A stretch of DNA of 64,000 nucleotides from a bacterium. GTDB lineage: Bacteria > Electryoneota > RPQS01. A program made the translations under genes and the position numbers. Each line of letters opens with the position of its first letter. Within the stretch, counting starts at the first letter, position 1. Shown here in pieces: positions 19,488 to 29,222 of this stretch. The DNA lies in NCBI GenBank assembly GCA_023382385.1, contig JAHDVH010000001.1, positions 900,850 through 964,849 of the forward strand, given 5' to 3'. The notes below the pieces were generated by a model. The model did no database searches and was not told where the DNA came from. It was given only the letters and a program-made list of their open reading frames with translations.

Positions 19488-20999
19488 TTACAAATTCTCG
19501 TGGTTTTGTGCCATGAACATGTTGAACGGGAATTGGTTCCGTGTCTGGATGATGATCGGCCCGTTTTCAATGCCGTCTCCAACCGTCGGAGTGGGCATGC
19601 CGGCAGGGTTGCCCGTTACGTTGTCGCAATTCAAACACACGAAACTGTGCTTCTCCGGAACGACGCCGACGCCCGGGATCGACGTGTCCGGCGTTTCCAA
19701 GCGCAGTCTACGAAGCCAGATTTTCAGTTCGTTGTTGCGAACCGTTCCTGTCGTAATCGGTGATCCGGTGAACGTCAGCGAGGCCATGAGATTCGATTCG
19801 TTCAGGAACTGCGTTACGCGCGTGTTTTCCTTATGGCGGGACAGCGTGAAAGAACCGTACACTTTGCGCTTTTCGCTGCGGGTAGGTTCGTCGCGATATA
19901 GACCGCTGCTCGTGGTCTGTGACGCGTCGTCAAGCGGATTTTCAATCGTGATCTCGATCTCGGAGATACCGACATTGTGCGAAGCGGACAATGCGGTGCC
20001 CGTGCTGAACGCCGCCAATCTGAACACCGCGTCCGGAAACTGAACGCGCTCATAAACCATGAAAGATGAGCCGCTTGCCGGCACGGCCTGCGTTCCGTTC
20101 ACATAGCGCCAGGTATCGCGTGTCTGGCTGTTCGAATTGGTCAAGTCATGAAACGCCGGAACGCATTCCGCAGACACAAGCAGCCCGTTCTTTGCGTCCA
20201 GCTTGAAAGTCAGCTTCCTGATGAATACGAACTGCCATTCTTCGTACTTCCATCCGTTCCAAGTAACCAGCGTGCCATGGCGCGTGAGAAATGCATTCGT
20301 CCCGATCGCCGTTCCCCATACACCCGCCATGATGTTCTGGAAGTTCTCGCCGTGCATGTGCTTCGAACACTCGTAGGTATGCAGAAACTCACGGGCGACG
20401 GCGAAGGCTTTTCCAGCATTCGGGTCAGAGCCGCCGCTCGCGTTCCACGCCGGAGCGACCGTGATCTGCGTCGTGCTGGTGCGCCCGACAATCTTGCGCA
20501 CCTGATCGAAGACGTTGGGAGTCGAAGCCAATTCCTGAATCCGCACCCAGTCACCGATAATCGCGTCGCTGGTGAACACAGCGGCTGACGCGATCAGCGT
20601 GGTGGCGGTGGTACCAGCTGCAGTGGTGCCGGTCAGTGTTGTGCCAAGTCCGCTGATTCCGAAATCCGGAGACTCCAAAGCTGAACCTCGCACCTTCTCA
20701 AAACCCAACGCCGCCGCAATCAACTGGTCAAGGCCCAGAAACCCGGCCTTGATGTCCAATGCACCGCCGGGCATGACGGCGATCTTGTCATGCTGAGAAG
20801 GTCCGGAGGTTCCGTCCAAGACGTCCGCGTCGTCTTCGAACTCATGGTTGTTCTTCAGAGAGTGCTTGAGAAGCGCAATCTTGTCGTAAGAATTCAGCTT
20901 GGGCTGAGAATCGGGCCATGAAATAGCGTAAGGTTCGCTCTTACGGCTATTGAGCCTGAACGCCGCAAGCGTGGCCGTTCCTTGTGCCGGTGCAAGCAT
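19488..20999 (-). CDS. putative major tail protein
   Basis: 503-aa beta-rich ORF upstream of the chaperone/tape-measure block. Position-based call. Confidence 0.45.
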   Translation of the reverse strand: MLAPAQGTATLAAFRLNSRKSEPYAISWPDSQPKLNSYDKIALLKHSLKNNHEFEDDADVLDGTSGPSQHDKIAVMPGGALDIKAGFLGLDQLIAAALGFEKVRGSALESPDFGISGLGTTLTGTTAAGTTATTLIASAAVFTSDAIIGDWVRIQELASTPNVFDQVRKIVGRTSTTQITVAPAWNASGGSDPNAGKAFAVAREFLHTYECSKHMHGENFQNIMAGVWGTAIGTNAFLTRHGTLVTWNGWKYEEWQFVFIRKLTFKLDAKNGLLVSAECVPAFHDLTNSNSQTRDTWRYVNGTQAVPASGSSFMVYERVQFPDAVFRLAAFSTGTALSASHNVGISEIEITIENPLDDASQTTSSGLYRDEPTRSEKRKVYGSFTLSRHKENTRVTQFLNESNLMASLTFTGSPITTGTVRNNELKIWLRRLRLETPDTSIPGVGVVPEKHSFVCLNCDNVTGNPAGMPTPTVGDGIENGPIIIQTRNQFPFNMFMAQNHENL

Positions 21000-21023
21000 G
21001 ATCTATCTCCTTGTCTAAAAAGG

Positions 21024-21491
21024 TTAATCCGAAACGGACGTGAAGTACTCCCGTACGTCCACGGTCAATTCACAGTAGTGACATAGAGCGTCGCCGAAGA
21101 ACGCGACCGTGATCCGCTCGCACTGAACGGGAAACTGAAGCTCGCAGTTCAGGTCAAGGTCTCCGTCATCGTCCAAAGCAGCGGACACGCCGTCAATCAG
21201 TCGATTGAACTGTAAGTCAGTGTTGATGTCGTTCAGCAGACTGAGAAACCCGCGAATCCGGAAGCGATGCAGGCGCTCATGCGCGTGGCCCGTCTCGACC
21301 TGCTCATCGGAAAACGATTCGCGCGTCACTGTCCAAGAGTGAATGCGCTTCTGCGACTGGCAGAAGTGCAATGCGCTAAATTCATCCGGACTCTCGGTGA
21401 ACATGCGGCCTTCATGGACGTGTCCAATTCCGGACACGGTTCTCATGCGACGGGCAATTGCGGAAACGATATTCTGATAATCTGACGGCAT
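21024..21491 (-). CDS. putative tail completion / terminator protein
   Basis: 155 aa, positioned between the head-tail adaptor genes and the major tail gene. Confidence 0.35.
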   Translation of the reverse strand: MPSDYQNIVSAIARRMRTVSGIGHVHEGRMFTESPDEFSALHFCQSQKRIHSWTVTRESFSDEQVETGHAHERLHRFRIRGFLSLLNDINTDLQFNRLIDGVSAALDDDGDLDLNCELQFPVQCERITVAFFGDALCHYCELTVDVREYFTSVSD

Positions 21492-22018
21492 CAGGATTTC
21501 GTGAGCTTTTCTAACACGGCATCGTGCATGCTATTGTAGATGCTTTCAATCTTCGGTCTGGACTTCTCGAATCCGTCACGCATGAACCATTTGCCCTTCG
21601 TGCCGTGCGCCTTAATCTTCCATTGCATCGCCTTGCCCATCGCGATCGCTTCGCGCGGACCGAGTCCGAACTTGCGCCGTGCCCAAATGACAAGCGGCCA
21701 AAGCGGAGGCATATGTGGCTTTCCGCCTTCCTCGACCGGAACCGCATAACTCGCGGCGTTCATGAGCTTCCCTTCAACGGCATCCTGAACCTCGGTCACT
21801 TCCTGCGAAAATGCGTTCGCGAGGTTTCCGGTAACTTGCGGCCCGATACGTTCATTCAATAACCCAAGCACGACCGGATGAATCTCAAAGAGCGCGCCTT
21901 TCGTAGCCACAGTCAGAGCTTCCATAACAATTGCGGCGGCGCGCTCAGGGTTCGCGATTGCCGCCGACTTCAATTCATTCCGGTCGAACTCAAACCGAAA
22001 TACAGGTCCGTCAGCCAT
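21491..22018 (-). CDS. putative head-tail adaptor (HK97 gp10-like by position)
   Basis: 175 aa. Position in the connector block and a weak resemblance (GTKGKWFMRDGFE). Confidence 0.35.
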   Translation of the reverse strand: MADGPVFRFEFDRNELKSAAIANPERAAAIVMEALTVATKGALFEIHPVVLGLLNERIGPQVTGNLANAFSQEVTEVQDAVEGKLMNAASYAVPVEEGGKPHMPPLWPLVIWARRKFGLGPREAIAMGKAMQWKIKAHGTKGKWFMRDGFEKSRPKIESIYNSMHDAVLEKLTKS

Positions 22019-22019
22019 G

Positions 22020-22370
22020 TCACGTAATCAGTTCGGCGTTGACCCAATTGACGGTAATTGAAGTGCCGGATGTCAGGGAGAACTTTATCCGGACATACAA
22101 CGGCACATGTTCGACAGCAACAACCTTGTTAGAGTCAAACACGATGTCATTCACCGTATGAATTGCGGCCCAATTCGCGCCATCAGAGGAGCCTTCAATT
22201 GTGGCTTTGACTTTCGGACTGCCAGCACCCGAATCATGCCCGAAGGTCAAGATCAGCGTGTCATGCAGTTGCGCGGAAATGGACTGTGACACGCGTTCCG
22301 TTGTGCCCGCCGCGGCGTAAAGGCCCGTAATCGTGTCCAGCGAAATCTGAGTGCGAGAACGGTACATCAC
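22020..22370 (-). CDS. hypothetical beta-rich phage structural protein
   Basis: 116 aa within the tightly packed head-tail block. Confidence 0.4.
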   Translation of the reverse strand: MMYRSRTQISLDTITGLYAAAGTTERVSQSISAQLHDTLILTFGHDSGAGSPKVKATIEGSSDGANWAAIHTVNDIVFDSNKVVAVEHVPLYVRIKFSLTSGTSITVNWVNAELIT

Positions 22371-22801
22371 AAGTCCTCACGAATGTCAAGCTGGGCGAAC
22401 ACCTGTAGATTGATGCCCGCAGCAACCACGAGCTTCGCACGTACCCAGCGCGCCATGCGGCGAGTCGTAGGGCTAATGGAAACGCTGTAAAGCGTCTCAC
22501 TCCCTGCGGTCAACCCGACCGCCGAGGCAAACATGCTGGTATATCCGTACGACCTTCCATCGTTTGCGGGTGCAGGATCGTTCTTCGTATCATCATCGGT
22601 TCCAAATGTGTAGACGTCGATCGAGCAACTCGCGCCGCCTGCGGCACCCACCACGCTCAAGAACATTCCAGATCCGTCATGACGGCTAATGTCAACCGGC
22701 TCTGACCAAACTGTCACGCCACCTGCGCCTCCGGAAACCGTCACCCGCGCTCCGGTCGTCGGATTACCGAACAGTGTGATTGACTTCTGAAAACGCGACA
22801 T
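22367..22801 (-). CDS. hypothetical beta-rich phage structural protein
   Basis: 144 aa, with a 4-nt overlap with the downstream gene. Confidence 0.4.
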   Translation of the reverse strand: MSRFQKSITLFGNPTTGARVTVSGGAGGVTVWSEPVDISRHDGSGMFLSVVGAAGGASCSIDVYTFGTDDDTKNDPAPANDGRSYGYTSMFASAVGLTAGSETLYSVSISPTTRRMARWVRAKLVVAAGINLQVFAQLDIREDL

Positions 22802-22817
22802 GATACCGTTCCTTCGT

Positions 22818-23489
22818 TTAATGAGTCAGGTAAGTGTTCTGCTCCGCTGTGCCCGGGTTAATCGGTCCCCAGCCCAGTGCAGGCCCTTCGAGCAAACCGC
22901 TTCGCTCTTCATACAATTCGGCGAGCCTGAGATACTGAGACCCGCGTGACTCCCGATTGGAAGCGGCGGTAAGCTGCTCGATGTCTTTCGACGCGTTCAC
23001 CTTCGCCGCCATGACTCGCAGAAGCTCGGATGCGGCCCAATAGACAACCGCGTCTTCATCGCCTGTGGAGCGCAGCGAGCTTTCCGTGTTCGTCAAAACG
23101 TGCTCGACGGTGTAATAGAGATGTGCCTTGAATCCCAGAGCCGGAACCAAACTGACAAAGTGAATCACATAAGAGTCATCCGGCTGGAGCATCACTTGAA
23201 TCTCACTCGCAGAAATCTCCGGCGGGAGACTTTTGGAAGTGACATCGACAGGATAGAGCACTTTCTTCACCGTCGAGAATCCGCCCTGCCAATCATTCGG
23301 CGCGGGAAATCTGAACGCGACCGAATCGCCCGAAACTTCAAAGATTCGCAGTCGCGGGCGGAATTGCGACAATCGCGTAACGCCTCGCAGCACAGCAGTT
23401 TCATGTTGTGCCGGAACAGTGTGGCGATCGCCGTCCATCAAGAGCAGACGGACGGCGTCACACAACTGTTGAAGCGCACGCGCGGCCAC
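22818..23489 (-). CDS. hypothetical phage head-tail connector region protein
   Basis: 223 aa in the structural operon. Confidence 0.4.
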   Translation of the reverse strand: MAARALQQLCDAVRLLLMDGDRHTVPAQHETAVLRGVTRLSQFRPRLRIFEVSGDSVAFRFPAPNDWQGGFSTVKKVLYPVDVTSKSLPPEISASEIQVMLQPDDSYVIHFVSLVPALGFKAHLYYTVEHVLTNTESSLRSTGDEDAVVYWAASELLRVMAAKVNASKDIEQLTAASNRESRGSQYLRLAELYEERSGLLEGPALGWGPINPGTAEQNTYLTH

Positions 23490-23491
23490 GA

Positions 23492-23923
23492 TTATCTCGG
23501 GTAAATCTCAAGATACAGAACGCCCGGACCGAAGGCGGGGCTGGTGCCGACGTCTTCAATCTCGAATGCGAGCACATCGCCTTCGGACATGACCACGCCG
23601 TCGGCGTAAGTCGAGTTCAAGGGAATGTTCTTCGCATCAAACGCCACGAGATTCACAGCAGGCGTGGCGGTGAGGTCGAGGTTGGCGACTTCCGCAGCGC
23701 CGGTGGAACCGTCCGCGCCTTTGTAAATCACGTTCAAGTTCTTGCGATTCGAATCATGGCCCGTAAAGGCCGCGTTCGGCACGAATTCGACTTTCTTGAC
23801 GATACAAGCGACCGGTGCGCGAAACACCGGGAAGGCAATCGTCGCAGCATCGGCGGCCAGCGCAGGCGTCGAATAGGAGTGCGGAATCGGCCCGGGAATG
23901 TCGCCGTAACGAGTATTGCTCAT
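23492..23923 (-). CDS. hypothetical phage head protein (decoration-like by position)
   Basis: 143-aa beta-rich ORF directly downstream of the capsid gene and its hairpin. Confidence 0.4.
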   Translation of the reverse strand: MSNTRYGDIPGPIPHSYSTPALAADAATIAFPVFRAPVACIVKKVEFVPNAAFTGHDSNRKNLNVIYKGADGSTGAAEVANLDLTATPAVNLVAFDAKNIPLNSTYADGVVMSEGDVLAFEIEDVGTSPAFGPGVLYLEIYPR

Positions 23924-23967
23924 GGGAATATCTCCTAATTGAAAGCGTGGATGGAAAGGTCATCCGA

Positions 23968-24008
23968 GGGCGGGCAGGCACCACGGAAGGGAAGCACCTG
24001 ACCCGCCC
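23968..24008 (-). terminator. hairpin / partial terminator after the capsid gene
   Basis: gggcgggcagg...cctgacccgccc stem 13 nt after the capsid stop. No strong U-tract, so it may only attenuate transcription. Confidence 0.45.
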
Positions 24009-24020
24009 AGACGGATGATG

Positions 24021-26414
24021 TTAGCTCGTGTATCCGGCAATCGGGCGATAGTCGACGCACTTCACGCCAACGTCCCAGCGCACGCGGTAAGAAACCTTGT
24101 CCGCCGTAAAGTTCGAGCCGCTCCCTGCGACTTCCTGCATCAGTTCCGGTTCAGACTCGCCCTTCAGCGTCGCCACGGCGATGCCTTCAACTTTGCGCGG
24201 GTCGGCAATCGCCCACCAGTGTGAGGAGTTGCTGATGCGCGGACACAGAATGTAATCCATGCCGTACTGAGCATGGACGTTCGGCGCACCGCCATTCGGT
24301 AACAGGTCACCGGCATTGTAACCACCCGCCGTGAGAGCAATCTGCACCGTGGACTGCGCCTTGCACAACGCGAGCGCCATGTCTTCCTTGTCCGGATGGA
24401 CGACCAGCCACTTCGGCCAGTTCACTTCCATCAGATACTCGGGATTCGTGGCATCGCTTCCGTACGCCTTCTGATTGTACATCTTGTTGCGTACGTCCTT
24501 CATGGTCGTCGGCGAGAGGGCGCCAGACGTCAAGTTGCCATGGCTCGCCGAATGCAGCAGCGCAACGGAGTCGTAAATCACGCTGTTGCCAATCAGCATA
24601 TCAAAGACCGCACGATACGGTCGCAGTTTCAGAGCACGCGCCGCCCGAATCGGCAGTAAGCGAATTGCTTTCATGTCGTCGTTAACGATCATCTTGCGAG
24701 TAATCGAGAAGATGCCGCCGCGCGTTTCGAGGTTCAATGCAACCGACTCGTCCGTCAGTCCGGGCATCGGCAGGAACGTTCCGCCATCCGGATCCACGAT
24801 CGGCAATTCGCCCCAGTAACCGAGTCGAGTGAAGTTGTGATCGCGGAAGTCGTTGACTTGCTCCTTGACCGTGATCTTCTCATAATCGCGGTAATCCGGA
24901 AGCAGATACTCACGCATCAGCGCGCGGTGCATGGCGTCGCCAAACACCTGATCGAAGCTCGCGGTCGTAAACGACTCTTTGAAGTTCCGGCGAACGATCG
25001 AGTTGTATTGATTCCCCGCGAGCAGTCCGAGGAACAAGTCAGCGTTATCTACACGGTCGCGGTCAATGCGCCAGCCCTTGTAGGCCGCTTCCTTGATCGA
25101 AGAGAATCTGCGCACGGTGCGCTTCTTGTCGTCCTTCAGGTCTTCACCGGCAAAGAAGCCGTCCAGCGCAAGCATGGCATCGGAGATACCGACGTCATTC
25201 AGCCCGCGAATCGTACCGCCGGCAAAGCCGTAGCCCAGGGCTTCGAGCGCCTTCTGCTCGGCGCTGATCGCTTCCTTGACCTTCATGAGTTCAAGGCCGC
25301 GTCCTTTGACCGATTCCTTGAGCTTTTCCTTCACAGGCGCAGGCAGGTTCGAGCCGTCGATTTCGGCAACCGCCTTCTCATCGGCAAGTTCGCGCTTCAT
25401 AGCGTCAACCTGCTCCTTCAGCGCATTAACGTCTTCCGGCTTGACGGCTGAACCGCCGTTCAAGTCCGGATTGTTCTGCGGCTGCTGGTCGTTGTTCTTC
25501 TGCGGTTCGACGTTTGGCTTCGGATCCGTGTTCTTCTGCGCGGCCTGAGCGGTTTCGTACTCAAGAAGCTTCTTGAGCGCCGCGGTTGCAGCTTCAACAT
25601 TTCCTGATTCGAGCGCGGTCAACGCTTCCTTTGCGAACGTCTTCCACTGCGCGTCAGTCGTCTCTTCGCTTTGCTCTTGCAGCACTTCGGCGGCGACCGT
25701 CGTCGCAGCGTCGCCTTCGGCTTCGAGAAAGCGCGTGATTCGAGCTTCGACCTTCTCAGCGTTCTTGGACGCCGCAGCGCGCGCCTCAAGCACTCTGAAC
25801 AGTAGTCGCTTGGTGTGTGCTTTCATGTTTGTCTTTCCCTTATTTTGAATTGCGGCAGCAATGCGAAGTATCTTTCCGCCAGCAGCTGCGCTGTCTACGA
25901 TGTCGCAAGAATGAACAGACTCGATATAGCCGTTCGCAACGTCAATCCCGTCCACACGGGCGAGTTCATACGCCCCGTCGCCGTCAATCGATAACTCGGC
26001 AAAGTCCTTGAATCCGCTGTCCCACGCGTTCTTGATGCGGTTTGCAAGGTCAGTATCGACCAGATGTAAATCGCAAATGACGCCTTCATTCCCTTCGGCG
26101 TCCTTTCCCCAACGCGGGTTCTTGTAGACGCCGACTTTGTTCTTGACAAAGCCAGTCGCGCGCTTCGCGTCGTCCGAAAAATCGGCAACGTGCCCCTTCG
26201 ACCCGTCAGGATTCTCGAACACGTATGCCGGAAGATTCTCGAACTGCGGCATAAGCGTCTGAAGCATTTCCTTGCCGTAATAAAACGGCACACCTTCCGG
26301 AGACCGGTTCTTCGACAGGCCGACCTTGATCGCCATGACTTCGAGGACCCTGCCGGTCTTGTCTGCGGCGAGGATTCGGCTTTCGCGTGAACGAGTGAGT
26401 TTGAGCCTGCTCAT
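24021..26414 (-). CDS. prohead protease/scaffold-like domain fused to the major capsid protein
   Basis: 797 aa. N-terminal globular domain (...PAYVFENPDGSKGHV...FAELSIDGDG...), a ~200-aa Ala/Glu/Lys-rich coiled-coil, and a C-terminal ~400-aa capsid-like domain. Start set to ATG 26414 (MSRLKLTR). The extension to 26597 crosses a terminator and the upstream gene. Confidence 0.7.
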   Translation of the reverse strand: MSRLKLTRSRESRILAADKTGRVLEVMAIKVGLSKNRSPEGVPFYYGKEMLQTLMPQFENLPAYVFENPDGSKGHVADFSDDAKRATGFVKNKVGVYKNPRWGKDAEGNEGVICDLHLVDTDLANRIKNAWDSGFKDFAELSIDGDGAYELARVDGIDVANGYIESVHSCDIVDSAAAGGKILRIAAAIQNKGKTNMKAHTKRLLFRVLEARAAASKNAEKVEARITRFLEAEGDAATTVAAEVLQEQSEETTDAQWKTFAKEALTALESGNVEAATAALKKLLEYETAQAAQKNTDPKPNVEPQKNNDQQPQNNPDLNGGSAVKPEDVNALKEQVDAMKRELADEKAVAEIDGSNLPAPVKEKLKESVKGRGLELMKVKEAISAEQKALEALGYGFAGGTIRGLNDVGISDAMLALDGFFAGEDLKDDKKRTVRRFSSIKEAAYKGWRIDRDRVDNADLFLGLLAGNQYNSIVRRNFKESFTTASFDQVFGDAMHRALMREYLLPDYRDYEKITVKEQVNDFRDHNFTRLGYWGELPIVDPDGGTFLPMPGLTDESVALNLETRGGIFSITRKMIVNDDMKAIRLLPIRAARALKLRPYRAVFDMLIGNSVIYDSVALLHSASHGNLTSGALSPTTMKDVRNKMYNQKAYGSDATNPEYLMEVNWPKWLVVHPDKEDMALALCKAQSTVQIALTAGGYNAGDLLPNGGAPNVHAQYGMDYILCPRISNSSHWWAIADPRKVEGIAVATLKGESEPELMQEVAGSGSNFTADKVSYRVRWDVGVKCVDYRPIAGYTS

Positions 26415-26462
26415 GCGATTAAGTTCAGAAATTGCCTGAGCGATTACAACGGCGCAAAACAG

Positions 26463-26502
26463 AAAACCCTGCAACCTTTCCGGAAATGTTGCAGGGTTTT
26501 TT
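26463..26502 (-). terminator. intrinsic terminator between the head morphogenesis and capsid genes
   Basis: aaaaccctgcaac/12-nt loop/gttgcagggtttt. On the minus strand it is followed by ttctgtttt. Confidence 0.65.
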
Positions 26503-26536
26503 ACATTCAGGCTTGACCTATGCCGCTTTGCCACGA

Positions 26537-27400
26537 TTACAGGTTCATAATCGTGTCCCGCACAAGGTCTTCCATGGAATCGACGACCGTTACCCATTGA
26601 CAGCCGCAGTTGATTGTCTCTTCCGGCGGTCCAGCAGGATCGCGGGGATACATTAAACCATTGGAAAACGGTTCATTAAACGGTACAATCTCGCCGTCCA
26701 TCTCCTGATGCCACCACCTTCTACCGGGTCTATCGCCTCCGCTCACCCACTTCTTCTTCACGACCTTTCCGGCATCAGGCACCATGCTCACGAACTGCTG
26801 CATCTGGGCATCGAGCGTGATGCTGTAAATCCTCTGTACTTCGGTTCTTACGATTCGTTCAGCCTGATAGGAAACACCTTCCGCACCGGCCTTGCCGATC
26901 AGCGAATCAATGGCTTGCATCGCTTCAAAGGGCGACTTTCCGCCTAGCGCGGCGCGTGACAACTCGCCGTTGACTTTGGGCATCAGATCACTCGGAATTG
27001 AGCGCACAAGGTCAGCCGTGTAGTTCATGGCGACGGCAATCAAGTCCGTGCTTGGACCGAAGAACACGCCGGAGATTCCTAGCGCCGCGGCCGTCTCCGC
27101 TCCGGCCGCGATCCCCACTTCGTACGCTCCGCGCTGCGCCTCGTTTATCAGCGCGATGCTGTCGTTCAAGGCGGCGTTCGCCTGGGCCTGAATCAGCGCT
27201 GAGAGCCGAGGCACGTCACCGGCGGGAAGCTTCGTCACGTCTTTCGGATAACTGGTAATCAGGTCTTTCACCTGCAATCTGCTCTGCTCAATTCGTTTCA
27301 TCACTTTGACGCGTACATCATTCGACAACGCGTTTGCCGACTGCTGCAGCGCTCTGATTCTCGACTCAAACGCCTTAACGTCTTTCGCAGTGACGGGCAT
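26537..27400 (-). CDS. head morphogenesis protein, Mu-F / SPP1 gp7 family
   Basis: C-terminal motif RRWWHQEMDGEIVPFNEPF...PPEETINCGCQW matches the R..H..mdG...nC.C pattern. ERIVRTEVQRIY is also present. Lies in the portal-proximal block. Confidence 0.75.
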   Translation of the reverse strand: MPVTAKDVKAFESRIRALQQSANALSNDVRVKVMKRIEQSRLQVKDLITSYPKDVTKLPAGDVPRLSALIQAQANAALNDSIALINEAQRGAYEVGIAAGAETAAALGISGVFFGPSTDLIAVAMNYTADLVRSIPSDLMPKVNGELSRAALGGKSPFEAMQAIDSLIGKAGAEGVSYQAERIVRTEVQRIYSITLDAQMQQFVSMVPDAGKVVKKKWVSGGDRPGRRWWHQEMDGEIVPFNEPFSNGLMYPRDPAGPPEETINCGCQWVTVVDSMEDLVRDTIMNL

Positions 27401-27402
27401 AG

Positions 27403-27813
27403 CTACGTTCCTTTCCGGTCGCCTTTGGCGAGTCTGGCAATAGTCGTCTTGGCTAATTTGAGCGCGGTGTCAGATACGGTTCCATCCGGCCACACCCAAC
27501 CGAATGTCTGAGCTTCGCGAACATGTTGTTCAACATACGTCATCGGGATTCGCGCGGCGGCCGATACTTCTTCGTAATCAACTTCGACGCCATACCAAAT
27601 TTGTTCCATTTCCGTCAAATCATCCGGCGCCTCCAAGTCATCTGATGGAACACCGACTTTCAGCAGCGGCCACGAGATCACGAGACGCATCAGCGGCAGT
27701 GCGCCAACGAGCGTCGCTACATGGTCGCTTTCGCGCGGCGTGCCTTTGAGCATACCCTGCTCTTTCTTCATACGTGAAAGGAGCTTTGCCCTGTCCTCGG
27801 GTTTGAGTTTCAT
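27403..27813 (-). CDS. hypothetical protein
   Basis: 136 aa, with a 4-nt overlap with the upstream methyltransferase gene. Confidence 0.4.
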   Translation of the reverse strand: MKLKPEDRAKLLSRMKKEQGMLKGTPRESDHVATLVGALPLMRLVISWPLLKVGVPSDDLEAPDDLTEMEQIWYGVEVDYEEVSAAARIPMTYVEQHVREAQTFGWVWPDGTVSDTALKLAKTTIARLAKGDRKGT

Positions 27814-29222
27814 AATCCAATCTTCTGGAACAAGACCACGACCTCACCTTCGTCTTCCGGTGTCTCGGTCCAGTTGTTAATCATACCAGAAGCGCGCGTC
27901 TCAACATACTCCAACCCACAGCTTTTCGCGTGGTCTTTGGCTCTCTTTTCAAGCGGATGCGTCTGATTGCCCACTTGCAGAGCGAACACGGCGTTGGGTT
28001 TCAGCGCCTTAGCTGTTCTGTGAATGAGTTCATGGTAGAAACCGTTATCCCAAGCATCGAACTTCTTGAACTTGCGAAAGCTGGAGTTTTCGCCTTCGTA
28101 CTTCTCTACGTTGAAGTAGGGCGGCGAAGTGAGTGCGAAGTCAAAGGACTCAGCTTCAAGTTGGCTGTCTTCAAAGCATTGACAGAAGAACTTTGCCTCT
28201 TTGCCCGGTGTGTACCGCGAATAGTTCTCGAAGAGCGCCTTCGTGCCCGCGTGTGTGGACTCAGCCGGATCAAATCCTGTGTAGGAAGAAGCTCTACTCA
28301 ACAGAAATCCCACGAGCCGCCCGCCCCACCCGTGACATGGATCGAGCACTGCACCGCCTACAGGACAGAATTCATTGATAAGGTCAAGCGCGAGTTCAGC
28401 CGGAAAGTCCGGCGCGGTTCGGCTGCCCCCGATGGGCAGACTTTGTGCGAGAATCATGTCAATGGACGGTTTGTCCTTGAGACAAAATCGGAACGAATCG
28501 CCGTACTTTAAGTCTTCCGTGAAGGATTTGAGCGCATCAATCATGCTGTGCGCATGACCCGCGACGTGAATCTGTCTCGGATGGAAGGCATGCGAAGTCC
28601 AGCGAGGATAGCGCTCACCGAGATAAAGTGCTCTCAGAAAATAGATACGCGCAATGGCCCTGGTGCAATTGTGCGACACGACGCCGTGCGGCGAAAGCAA
28701 CTCGATGAACTTCAGCGTGTCGCGAGCCCACTCTTGCCACGCCTGATTCAAGTTGAGAGTCTGCTCTTCCGAAAGTTCGCGCTCGATGGTGACGGCTTCC
28801 ATGTCATCCAGCAGATCTGAAATCTCGTCGTCATCGAATCCCGTAAGTGATAGGTCGGCGTTGTGTTCCTGAAGGCTTTGTATCAGTTCGCGGAGCGCGT
28901 CTTCGTCCCAATCGCCGCTGATTCGATTGAGCGAGAGGTTTAGTTGGCTCTCCTGCAATTCGTCAAGGTCTACGACAATCACGTCGGTCTCTGCCGTGCC
29001 AGCGGCGAGCAATACCTTCACACGCTGGTGACCGCCCACGATCTGACCAGAGCGCTCATTCCAGATAATCGGCTCCACGAGACCGAACGTCTCGACAGAC
29101 CTGCGCAGCTTGTCCAATTCCGCTGCTTTCATCATGCGCGGGTTCCAGTCGGCAGGCTTCAATCTTGACAGCGGCATCCGCTTCACGGGAAAGCCGTTCA
29201 CTATCCTCGCTCCCCGAGTCAT
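27810..29222 (-). CDS. ParB-like nuclease domain fused to a SAM-dependent DNA methyltransferase (SPPY motif)
   Basis: N-terminus LSRLKPADWNPR...IVGGHQR (ParB/Srx fold). C-terminal half has VLDPCHGWGGR (motif I-like) then LTSPPYFNVEKY (motif IV). Confidence 0.75.
   Translation of the reverse strand: MTRGARIVNGFPVKRMPLSRLKPADWNPRMMKAAELDKLRRSVETFGLVEPIIWNERSGQIVGGHQRVKVLLAAGTAETDVIVVDLDELQESQLNLSLNRISGDWDEDALRELIQSLQEHNADLSLTGFDDDEISDLLDDMEAVTIERELSEEQTLNLNQAWQEWARDTLKFIELLSPHGVVSHNCTRAIARIYFLRALYLGERYPRWTSHAFHPRQIHVAGHAHSMIDALKSFTEDLKYGDSFRFCLKDKPSIDMILAQSLPIGGSRTAPDFPAELALDLINEFCPVGGAVLDPCHGWGGRLVGFLLSRASSYTGFDPAESTHAGTKALFENYSRYTPGKEAKFFCQCFEDSQLEAESFDFALTSPPYFNVEKYEGENSSFRKFKKFDAWDNGFYHELIHRTAKALKPNAVFALQVGNQTHPLEKRAKDHAKSCGLEYVETRASGMINNWTETPEDEGEVVVLFQKIGL

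Noticed and set aside
26415-26597. N-terminal 61-codon extension of the capsid polyprotein ORF in the track
   Set aside because: It runs through an intrinsic terminator hairpin and overlaps the end of the head-morphogenesis gene. The sequence looks non-protein-like. ATG 26414 (MSRLKLTR) is the credible start.
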